DNA from: Armatimonadota bacterium
Lineage (GTDB): Bacteria > Armatimonadota > Zipacnadia > Zipacnadales > UBA5352
Assembly: GCA_034722055.1 (NCBI GenBank)
Contig: JAYENL010000002.1
Location: 1 to 16,573 of the forward strand
Direction: 5' to 3'
Length of the DNA stretch: 16,573 bases
This document shows, piece after piece, positions 7,157 to 14,651 of this stretch. The number at the start of each line of letters is the position of its first letter. Positions within the stretch are counted from its first letter, which is position 1. Position numbers and translations under genes: made by a program. The notes beneath the pieces are model-generated. The model did no database searches. It saw only the letters and a program-made list of their open reading frames with translations, and was not told the origin of the DNA.

Positions 7157-7829
7157 GGGCGGGCACAATCCGCCCCGATCGGACGATGGAGGGGAGCGCT
7201 TCCGTAAGGGACCGCTCCCCGACTACTACCCGGCGGTAGCTGCGGACGTGCTGCGGCTGTGCCGGCCGCGAGATGGCGGCATCTGGCTCGACCTTGGCGC
7301 GGGGAAGGGGCCGGTCGCGCTGGCGCTGGCCGAACGCTGCCAGGCTCGAATCGTGCTTATGGACCCCGATGCCGAGGCGCTGGCTGCGGCCTGTGAGAGC
7401 GTGTGCGCGAAGGGCCAGATGAGCCGGATCGGCGTGCTCTGCGGGCGGGCTGAGGAGCTGCCGCTGGCGGATCGGTCCGTGGAGCTGGTGGTGAGCCGTG
7501 GCTCCATCTTCTTCTGGGATGACCAGCCGGGCGGGCTGGCCGAGATCTACCGCGTTTTGCGGGAGGGCGGTCAGGCGATGATCGGCGGCGGGCTGGGGCG
7601 AGACTACCCGCTGTGGGCGCGGCGGGAGTTCATCCGTTGGCGCCACGAGGGCGTGCGAAGCAAGGGGCCGGAGGCCTATGAGCGGTTCCTCAGACTGCGG
7701 AGCCCGGAGACGTTCACACAGTGGGCGCGTGAGGCCGGCCTGCCCCGCTTTGAGGTCGTCGGCGAGGGCGGGCAGCCGCCGGATGATCCGCGGGCCGGCC
7801 TCGGCATCTGGCTGCGCTTCGGCCGATGA
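7149..7829 (+). CDS. Class I SAM-dependent methyltransferase (Methyltransf_11-like)
   Basis: Motif I WLDLGAGKG; GRAEELPLADRSVELVVSRGSIFFW; EIYRVLREGG. Start placed at ATG 7149 rather than TTG 6930 because the extension is low-complexity and would overlap the microprotein. Confidence 0.85.
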   Translation: MTEGGHNPPRSDDGGERFRKGPLPDYYPAVAADVLRLCRPRDGGIWLDLGAGKGPVALALAERCQARIVLMDPDAEALAAACESVCAKGQMSRIGVLCGRAEELPLADRSVELVVSRGSIFFWDDQPGGLAEIYRVLREGGQAMIGGGLGRDYPLWARREFIRWRHEGVRSKGPEAYERFLRLRSPETFTQWAREAGLPRFEVVGEGGQPPDDPRAGLGIWLRFGR

Positions 7830-7840
7830 GGAGTGACCCC

Positions 7841-8794
7841 ATGGATGCGGTCATCGAAGTTGAGGACCTGACCAGGGACTACGGCACCACTCGTGCCGTG
7901 GATCACGTCAGCTTCGAGGTGAGTGAGGGCGAGATCTTCGGCTTTCTGGGGCCTAACGGGGCCGGGAAGACGACCACGCAGCGGATGCTCACCGGCGCGT
8001 TGCGGCCCACCAGCGGGCGCGTGACCGTGCTTGCCGATGACATGGTCAGGCAGCCCCTGGCGGCGCAGCGCCGCTTCGGCGTGGTGCCGGAGATGGCGAA
8101 TCCCTACGCTGAGCTGTCGGGCTGGCAGAACATGCTGCTGGCCGGTGAGCTCTACAGGGTACCGCGGCAGGAGCGTGTCGCCGCGGCGGAGGAGCTGCTG
8201 CGGGAGTTCGGACTCTGGGAGCGGCGGGACGACCGCGCCAAGGGCTACTCCAAGGGCATGAAGCAGCGGCTGATGCTGGGCATGGCGCTGATCCACCAGC
8301 CGCGCATCCTGTTCCTCGACGAGCCCACCAGCGGCCTGGACGTGGCCAGCAGCCGGCAGATTCGCGACCGCGTGCGGGATTTCGCGGCCTCCGGAGGCAC
8401 CGTCTTCTACACCACGCACAACATCGACGAGGCGGACATGCTGTGCGACCGGGTCGCCATCATCCACCTGGGGAAGATCGTGGCCATCGACTCCCCGGTG
8501 GCGCTGCGCTCGACGATGCAGCACAGCCGATCGCTGGCCGTGGCCTTCGAGGGCGAGGTGGAGCCGGCGCGGCTGGCGGAGCTGCCGGGCGTGGATCGGG
8601 CTGAGAAGGAGGGTGACCGCTTCCGCCTCTTCAGCGCCGATCCCGGACAGGTCGCCTGCGAGGTGACCGACTTCGCGCGAGAGCAGGGCCTGAGCATCCT
8701 CAGCGTGGAGACGGCGGGCCCGCGGCTGGAGGAGGTCTTCCTGCGACTCACCACCGAGAGCCACGAGGACGCGCGGGAGGCAGACAGCCCATGA
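7841..8794 (+). CDS. ABC-2 type exporter ATP-binding protein (DrrA-like)
   Basis: Walker A GPNGAGKTT, signature YSKGMKQR, Walker B ILFLDEPT, H-loop YTTH; SD GAGGAG (7828-7833) favours ATG 7841, alternative ATG 7826. Confidence 0.93.
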   Translation: MDAVIEVEDLTRDYGTTRAVDHVSFEVSEGEIFGFLGPNGAGKTTTQRMLTGALRPTSGRVTVLADDMVRQPLAAQRRFGVVPEMANPYAELSGWQNMLLAGELYRVPRQERVAAAEELLREFGLWERRDDRAKGYSKGMKQRLMLGMALIHQPRILFLDEPTSGLDVASSRQIRDRVRDFAASGGTVFYTTHNIDEADMLCDRVAIIHLGKIVAIDSPVALRSTMQHSRSLAVAFEGEVEPARLAELPGVDRAEKEGDRFRLFSADPGQVACEVTDFAREQGLSILSVETAGPRLEEVFLRLTTESHEDAREADSP

Positions 8795-9534
8795 GTCAGG
8801 TTGGCGCCGTGTGGGCCATTACCAGGAAGAACATCCGCGTGTATTACCTGAAGGGCCCGGTGCTGATCTTCGGCGTGTTCTTCCCGGCCTGCCTGTTCTT
8901 TGCATTCGCCATCGGCAGGCAGATGCCGGCCGAGCAGCTCGTGCCCGGGCTGATCGGCATGGCCATCTTCTTCACCGCCTCGGCCACGACCCCGGCGGTG
9001 CTGCCCTTCGAGACCCGCACGCGGACCCTGGAGCGGCTGCTGGTGGCGCCGGTGTCGGTGGCGGGGATGATCGCCGGCGACATCCTGGCGGCCTTTCTCT
9101 TCGGGCTCTTCCTCTCGCTGGTCCCCATCCTCATCAGCGTTCTGGTCGTCGGCGCCACCGTCCCGCACCCGCTGCTGTTCGTAGCCACGATCGTCATCGC
9201 CGCGGTGTGCTTCGCGGCGCTGGGGACCCTCTTCAGCACCCCGGCGACAGACGTCCCCGCGGACGTCATGATGCTCTCGAACCTGGTGCGGCTGCCGCTG
9301 ATCTTCTTCAGCGGCGTGTTCATGCCCATCGCTGAGATGCCGCAGTGGGGCCAGTGGCTGTCGGTGATCTCCCCGCTGACGTGGTGCACGGAACTGATCC
9401 GCCACACCACCACCGGCGACAACCTCTTCGACCCCGCGGTGGCGCTGCCGATGCTGGTGCTCTATACCGCGGCGCTGTGCCTGCTCAGCATCGCCCTCCA
9501 CCAGCGCAACATGAGCCGGCGACTGGCGCTGTAG
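8791..9534 (+). CDS. ABC-2 type exporter permease
   Basis: About six hydrophobic segments; TLERLLVAPVS, PLIFFSGVFMPI, ISPLTW motifs; ATGA overlap with the ATPase stop. Confidence 0.92.
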   Translation: MSQVGAVWAITRKNIRVYYLKGPVLIFGVFFPACLFFAFAIGRQMPAEQLVPGLIGMAIFFTASATTPAVLPFETRTRTLERLLVAPVSVAGMIAGDILAAFLFGLFLSLVPILISVLVVGATVPHPLLFVATIVIAAVCFAALGTLFSTPATDVPADVMMLSNLVRLPLIFFSGVFMPIAEMPQWGQWLSVISPLTWCTELIRHTTTGDNLFDPAVALPMLVLYTAALCLLSIALHQRNMSRRLAL

Positions 9535-9622
9535 GCGGACGAGCCGCGCCGGCCGCTCGACGCTGGGGTGCACGCTTAGCGGCAGGCGTGGGAGGAGTGC
9601 TTGCATTCCTCTGTGAGGCATA

Positions 9623-9652
9623 TTGACGATCACGGTCAGCCTAGGGTAGGAT
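9623..9652 (+). promoter_or_regulatory. Sigma70-type promoter for the R-M operon
   Basis: TTGACG (9623-9628), 18 nt, TAGGAT (9647-9652); CCTAGG at 9640-9645 inside the spacer. Same -10 hexamer as the arsR promoter. Confidence 0.55.
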
Positions 9653-9743
9653 TCGCAGGACAAAGGTGGCGATGGACACGGCAACGAAGCAGCAGGTGCA
9701 GCGGAGATTACTGACTGTCTAGTAGAGGTATGCCATCTGAGCC

Positions 9744-11045
9744 ATGAGGCTTCCATTCGAGGAACTCGCTGAGCTTTCCGGAAGCATCAACGATCTGCAG
9801 CCTGAAGATCGGGCGATACATGCGTGGTACAACTTCATCTTGTCGTTTCCACCTCATCTCGTGCGGAATTACGTTAGTCGCTTTGGCGTTGACTCTCGCT
9901 GTCAGGTGCTGGATCCGTTCTGCGGGACGGGCACGACGCCTGTGGAATGCAAGAAGCTCGGGATTCCAAGCGTCGGCATAGAGGCCCTCCCGATGTCTCA
10001 TTTCGCAAGCACCGTGAAGACGGACTGGAGCGTGGATTCGGGTTCATTGCTCGATCACGCAGGTGGTGTCGCTCGACGCGCCAGAAACGTCATCGATTCG
10101 GACGACTCAGACTGGCAGCCTCGCACAGAGGACGGCCTGCGGATGCTCCCTCAAGAGAAGCGTAGGTTGCTGATAAAGGACTCCATCAGCCCGCTTCCGC
10201 TTCACAAGACTCTCATCCTGATAGAGGCCATCGAGCGCGACTTCAATCCCAAGTATGTTGACCACGAACTCCTTGCACTGGCGAGCGTGCTGCCGACCGA
10301 GATCGGGAATCTAAGATTCGGGCCGGAAGTAGGGGTCGGTCAAATCCGCGAGGATAGCCCCGTCGTGGACGTCTGGCTGAACGAGGTCGAGTCAATGGCG
10401 GCCGACCTGCGGCGGGTTGCAGAACGGAAGCACACGCCCTCGATGATCTGTTGCGGCGACGCACGGCAACCAGGGAAGCTGCTGCAAGACAGCTCAATTG
10501 ACGCGGTCATCACGTCTCCGCCATACCCTAACGAGAAGGACTACACGCGCATCTGTCGCCTCGAGTCCGTCCTGCTTGGCTACATGGATGACAGAGATGG
10601 CCTGCGTCGCACCAAGGAGGCCTTGCTGCGATCCAACACTCGCAACGTCTACAAAGGTGATAGGGACCACAAGCATGTAATAGAGCATGACAGTATTCAG
10701 CGGATAGCTCAGGAGATCGAGGATCGGCGTGTGGAGTTGGGCAAGACATCCGGTTTCGAGAAGATGTATCACAGAGTGACGCTCCTGTACTTCGGAGGCA
10801 TGAAGCGTCACTTTGCGGGACTGAGGGCCGCACTGCGCCCAGGCGCGAGGCTCGCATACGTCGTGGGCGATCAGGCGTCCTACCTGCGTGTCATGATACG
10901 TACTGGACGGCTCCTCGCAGAGATTGCGGAGTCGCTCGGGTACGAAGTGGAAGCTATAGACCTCTTCCGAACGAGGATGGCAACCGCCACCAACGAGCAG
11001 TTGCGCGAGGAGGTCGTCGTGCTCCGGTGGCCGGGCCAGCGATAG
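9744..11045 (+). CDS. DNA amino-methyltransferase, alpha-class motif order, probably N4-cytosine
   Basis: SAM-binding motif I VLDPFCGTGTT near the N-terminus precedes catalytic motif IV VITSPPY. SPPY is typical of m4C enzymes. Lower GC than flanks. Confidence 0.88.
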   Translation: MRLPFEELAELSGSINDLQPEDRAIHAWYNFILSFPPHLVRNYVSRFGVDSRCQVLDPFCGTGTTPVECKKLGIPSVGIEALPMSHFASTVKTDWSVDSGSLLDHAGGVARRARNVIDSDDSDWQPRTEDGLRMLPQEKRRLLIKDSISPLPLHKTLILIEAIERDFNPKYVDHELLALASVLPTEIGNLRFGPEVGVGQIREDSPVVDVWLNEVESMAADLRRVAERKHTPSMICCGDARQPGKLLQDSSIDAVITSPPYPNEKDYTRICRLESVLLGYMDDRDGLRRTKEALLRSNTRNVYKGDRDHKHVIEHDSIQRIAQEIEDRRVELGKTSGFEKMYHRVTLLYFGGMKRHFAGLRAALRPGARLAYVVGDQASYLRVMIRTGRLLAEIAESLGYEVEAIDLFRTRMATATNEQLREEVVVLRWPGQR

Positions 11046-11058
11046 GGGGCTACGCGAC

Positions 11059-11856
11059 GTGTCGCGCTCGAAGTACGAGAGGATCATCGAGAAGCTCTTC
11101 TTCGACCGGTACTCAGGTGAGACGGCCAATCTTCAGTTCGAGCGTGAGGACATTGCATCAGCGGCGGAGAAGCTGGGCCTCTCTCCCCCCAAGAACCTTG
11201 GAGACGTCATCTACTCGTACCGGTACCGCAGGCCGATGCCCGAGTCAGTTTGCGAGACGGCTGGGACCGGCCATGTTTGGGTCATCCGCTCAACAGCCCG
11301 CGGCCAGTACTGCTTCGCCCACGTACGAGACATCGTGCTCGAGCCCAACCCAAACCTTGTCGCGACTAAGATACCTGACTCGACGCCTGGTGTCATCGAC
11401 ATGTATGCACTGGGGGACGAGCAAGCGTTGTTAGCCAAGGTGAGGTACAACCGGCTTGTTGACATCTTCACCGGGCTTACATGTTACTCGCTGCAGAATC
11501 ACCTGCGGACGGCGATTGCAGGTGTTCAGGTGGAGACCGACGAGGTCTATGTGGGCATCGACAGCCACGGTGTGCACTATGTGTTGCCTGTTCAGGCGAA
11601 GGGGGAGTCAGAGGCTCTCGGCAGGATCCAGTTCGAGCAGGACATCGAGGTATGCCGCGAGAAGTTCGGCCGCCTCATACCTCGGCTGATCGGGACCCAG
11701 TTCACAGAGAGCGGTCTCATAGCGCTCTTCGAGCTCCAGGAAACGGACGAGGGATTTGGAGTCGTCAACGAGAAGCACTATCGGCTCGTACCGCCCGAGG
11801 AGTTCTCAGAAGAAGAACTCAGAGAATACCAGCGCCGCGTGCACAATCGCCCTTGA
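11059..11856 (+). CDS. Putative type II restriction endonuclease (PD-(D/E)xK fold, QxK variant)
   Basis: GTG start 13 nt after the MTase stop; DEQALL...VETDEVYVG...VQAKG...QD resembles an E...D...QxK catalytic arrangement; same lowered GC as the MTase. Confidence 0.7.
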   Translation: MSRSKYERIIEKLFFDRYSGETANLQFEREDIASAAEKLGLSPPKNLGDVIYSYRYRRPMPESVCETAGTGHVWVIRSTARGQYCFAHVRDIVLEPNPNLVATKIPDSTPGVIDMYALGDEQALLAKVRYNRLVDIFTGLTCYSLQNHLRTAIAGVQVETDEVYVGIDSHGVHYVLPVQAKGESEALGRIQFEQDIEVCREKFGRLIPRLIGTQFTESGLIALFELQETDEGFGVVNEKHYRLVPPEEFSEEELREYQRRVHNRP

Positions 11857-11882
11857 CATGCCCTAGGCATTTCTGCTATCGT
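11853..11882 (+). promoter_or_regulatory. trp operon promoter
   Basis: TTGACA (11853-11858), 18 nt, TATCGT (11877-11882) with extended TG at 11874-11875; imperfect palindrome ATGCC-CTA-GGCAT (11858-11870) in the spacer. Confidence 0.7.
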
Positions 11883-11895
11883 CCGGCCGATACCG

Positions 11896-11967
11896 ATGAG
11901 TACTGACTGTTGCAGGCAGCAGGTTGTTCTTCGCTGGGCTTGGCGCTGGCGGCGGCGGGTCGCCTAG
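11896..11967 (+). CDS. trpL: trp operon leader peptide, 23 aa
   Basis: Hand translation MSTDCCRQQVVLRWAWRWRRRVA*; three TGG codons at 11935, 11941 and 11947; lies between the promoter and a terminator upstream of trpE. Confidence 0.85.
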   Translation: MSTDCCRQQVVLRWAWRWRRRVA

Positions 11968-12125
11968 CGCTGGTTCACCTGTAGCAGACAGACCGGAAAA
12001 GAACCAGGCTGCGGGCGGCTCGCTCAAACCCCCGCGGCCTGATCGGTGTACGCGGAGGCTCATCCGGCGCCTCCACCGTAGCGAGACGAGCGACTGAACC
12101 CGATCCGACCACCGCAGGCCGCGGG
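11942..12125 (+). promoter_or_regulatory. Alternative hairpins of the trp attenuator, including the antiterminator
   Basis: CCCGCGGCCTG (12031-12041) is perfectly complementary to the terminator left arm CAGGCCGCGGG (12115-12125) and can alternatively pair with CAGGCTGCGGG (12005-12015). CTGGTTC (11970-11976) pairs with GAACCAG (12001-12007). Confidence 0.75.
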
Positions 12126-12154
12126 CTTCATCCAGAAGCCGCCGCGGCCTTTTT
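12116..12154 (+). terminator. Rho-independent attenuator terminator
   Basis: AGGCCGCGG-GCTTC-atcca-GAAGC-cg-CCGCGGCCT followed by TTTT (T5 run at 12150-12154). Confidence 0.85.
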
Positions 12155-12287
12155 CGTTCGGCACCACGTAGCAGGAGGCCCCACGTGAGCGGGGTGTAGG
12201 GGAAGCGAAGCCCCAGGTTCGGGCCCCGGCGGCGATGACGAGAGAGATCATGCGACGCTGTCAGCATCGCGACCGGAGGTCCGGACA

Positions 12288-13793
12288 ATGTACACCCCGA
12301 CGCTGTATGAGTTCGTGAAGAAGGCTGGGGAGGGGAATCTCATCCCCGTCTCCCGCGAGTTCGTGGCCGATACCGACACGCCCGTCTCGGCCTTCATGAA
12401 GCTGCGCCAGGCCGGGGACGCGGAGAACGCCTTCCTGCTGGAGTCGGTGGCCGGGGGCGAGCAGATCGCGCGCTACTCCTACCTGGGCATCGACCCCCTG
12501 GAGGTCATCACCACCAAGGGCCGCGTGGCCACCATCAGCGAGAACGGCTCCTCCCGGCAGCGCGAGCTGGCGGAGGACGAGGACCCCCTGGACCTGATCC
12601 GGGACATGCTGAACCGCTATCAGTTCGTCCCCGTGCCCGGCTGCGACCGCTTCTACGGGGGGGCGGTGGGATACCTCGGCTACGACGCGGTGCGCTTCTT
12701 CGAGGAGATCCCCGACGAGAAGCCGGACGACCTGGAGCTGCCGGACGCGCAGTTCATGCTCACCGACACGCTGATCATCTTCGACCACGTCACCCGCACG
12801 ATGCGGGTGGTGGCGAACGCGCACGTCACCGGCGACCCCCAGGAGGCCTACTGGGAGGCCATCGAGCGCATCGACAGGCTGGTGAACGCCCTGCAGCAGC
12901 CGCTGCAGCACCAGCCGGTGGGCAACGGGCAGATGGCGCGCATCCCCTCCGACGCCTCCGCCATGCGCTCCACGATGACGCAGGATCAGCATCGCGAAGC
13001 GGTGCTGAGGGCCAAGGAGTACATCGCCGCCGGGGACGTCATCCAGGTGGTGGTCTCCCATCGGATGTCGGCGGAGATCGACGTGGACCCCTTCGATCTC
13101 TACCGCGGCCTGCGGGCGATCAACCCCTCGCCGTACATGTATTACCTGAGCCTGGGGGACTGCAAGATCATCGGCGCCTCGCCGGAGCTGCTGGTGCGCT
13201 GCGAGGACGGTGAGGTGGTGACGCGGCCGATTGCGGGGACCCGCAAGCGCGGGGACTCCGAGGCCGAGGATCGGGCGCTGGAGGAGGATCTGCTGGGCGA
13301 TGAAAAGGAGCGCGCCGAGCACATCATGCTCGTGGACCTGCATCGCAACGACATCGGCCGGGTGTGCGAGCCGGGCACCGTGGAGGTCGATGAGCTGATG
13401 GGGGTGGAGCGCTACTCGCACGTGATGCACATCGTCTCCAACGTCATCGGCAGGCTGGCCCAGGACAGGGACCAGTACGATGTGCTGCGGGCGGCCTTCC
13501 CGGCCGGCACCGTCTCGGGGGCGCCCAAGATCCGCGCCATGGAGATCATCGAGGAGCTGGAGCCGGTGCACCGGGGGCCCTACGCGGGGATCGTGGGCTA
13601 CTTCAGCTTCTCCGGCGCCATGGATACCTGCATCACGCTGCGGACGATGGTGGTGAAGGGCCGGACGGTGCACTTCCAGGCCGGGGGTGGGATCGTCGCC
13701 GACTCCGACCCGGACGCGGAGTACCAGGAGACGCTCATGAAGGCCGGCGCCATGCTCGATGCCGCGCGCATGGCCGAGGCGGGGTTGCGGTGA
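12288..13793 (+). CDS. trpE: Anthranilate synthase component I
   Basis: DTDTPVSAF, FLLESV, RYSYLG, NPSPYMYYL, PIAGTRKRG, KERAEHIMLVDL, YSHVMHIVS, FPAGTVSGAPKIRAM, QAGGGIVADS; SD GGAGGT. Confidence 0.97.
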   Translation: MYTPTLYEFVKKAGEGNLIPVSREFVADTDTPVSAFMKLRQAGDAENAFLLESVAGGEQIARYSYLGIDPLEVITTKGRVATISENGSSRQRELAEDEDPLDLIRDMLNRYQFVPVPGCDRFYGGAVGYLGYDAVRFFEEIPDEKPDDLELPDAQFMLTDTLIIFDHVTRTMRVVANAHVTGDPQEAYWEAIERIDRLVNALQQPLQHQPVGNGQMARIPSDASAMRSTMTQDQHREAVLRAKEYIAAGDVIQVVVSHRMSAEIDVDPFDLYRGLRAINPSPYMYYLSLGDCKIIGASPELLVRCEDGEVVTRPIAGTRKRGDSEAEDRALEEDLLGDEKERAEHIMLVDLHRNDIGRVCEPGTVEVDELMGVERYSHVMHIVSNVIGRLAQDRDQYDVLRAAFPAGTVSGAPKIRAMEIIEELEPVHRGPYAGIVGYFSFSGAMDTCITLRTMVVKGRTVHFQAGGGIVADSDPDAEYQETLMKAGAMLDAARMAEAGLR

Positions 13794-13844
13794 GGGGGCG
13801 CGGCAAGGACGGCGTCAGTCCTGAGAACGCTATGCGTGCCCCGG

Positions 13845-14002
13845 CCCGGACACGCATCTCTGCCGAGGGCGTAAACGACGTGCAGGCGAGGCGCCTGCAC
13901 TACTTAACGGCGGGACGGGCGACCCGGACGCCCATCTCTGCCAAGGGCGAAAACGGCGTGCAGGCGAGGGCCCGTGCACTACTTAACACCTGGGCCGGGC
14001 GA
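13845..14002. repeat. Two tandem ~78-80-bp direct repeats, each carrying a GTAG-type REP palindrome on the minus strand
   Basis: Unit 1 (13845-13922) and unit 2 (13923-14002) share CCCGGAC..CATCTCTGCC.AGGGCG.AAACG.CGTGCAGGCGAGG...TGCACTACTTAAC...CGGGCGA. Unit 1 minus strand reads GTAG-TGCAGGCG-CCT-CGCCTGCA. Confidence 0.8.
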
Positions 14003-14024
14003 GCAATGAGAAGGAGGCGCACTG

Positions 14025-14624
14025 ATGATCCTGCTGATCGACAACTATGACTCCTTCACCTACAACCTCTACCAGTACCTCGCGGAGCTGGGGGAGACGG
14101 TGGAGGTGCTGCGCAATGACGCCATCTCGACGGACGGGATCGCGGAGATGGCGCCGGACAGCATCGTCATCTCGCCGGGGCCCTGCACGCCGAACGAGGC
14201 GGGCATCTCCTGCGAGAGCATCGAGCGCTTCGCCGGCGAGATCCCCATCCTGGGGGTCTGCCTGGGTCACCAGTGCATGGGGCAGGTCTTCGGCGGCGAG
14301 ATCGTGCGCGCCCCACGGTTGATGCACGGCAAGACCTCGCCTATCCACCACGATGGGAGGACGATCTTCGCCGACCTCCCCAATCCCTTCGAGGCGGTCC
14401 GCTATCACTCCCTGGTGATCGATCCGCCCAGCGTGCCGGAGTGCCTGGAGGTCTCGGCGCTGAGCGATCGGGACGAGATCATGGCCGCGCGGCACCGCGA
14501 GTACGTGGTGGAGGGCGTGCAGTTCCATCCCGAGTCGATCATGACCAAGCCCGGCAAGCAGCTTCTGCGCAACTTCCTGGCGCTGGCGCGGCAGGGCGCG
14601 GTGCGCGAGCCGGCGAGGGCGTAG
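14025..14624 (+). CDS. trpG: Anthranilate synthase component II (class I glutamine amidotransferase)
   Basis: [50 protein letters not shown] (14011-14017); trp operon context. Confidence 0.95.
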   Translation: MILLIDNYDSFTYNLYQYLAELGETVEVLRNDAISTDGIAEMAPDSIVISPGPCTPNEAGISCESIERFAGEIPILGVCLGHQCMGQVFGGEIVRAPRLMHGKTSPIHHDGRTIFADLPNPFEAVRYHSLVIDPPSVPECLEVSALSDRDEIMAARHREYVVEGVQFHPESIMTKPGKQLLRNFLALARQGAVREPARA

Positions 14625-14651
14625 GACAATCCCGAGCGCGAGGTGAGCATG

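Noticed and set aside
7149..7829. Calling the methyltransferase ArsM
   Set aside because: I cannot place the conserved ArsM catalytic cysteines, and no arsB, acr3 or arsC is nearby.
9672..9744. Stop-codon readthrough (Pyl/Sec) extending the methyltransferase
   Set aside because: Would need three stops of two kinds to be read through; TAG and TGA both end ordinary genes in this window.
13860..13915. SAH riboswitch or self-cleaving ribozyme resemblance
   Set aside because: No AGGCTCGG closing strand, and no hammerhead (CTGANGA), HDV or twister core found; the REP interpretation is simpler.
13790..14050. 86-aa ORF between trpE and trpG
   Set aside because: It is a translation of the DNA repeat; the second copy changes register at an indel, so the peptide repeat is not maintained.
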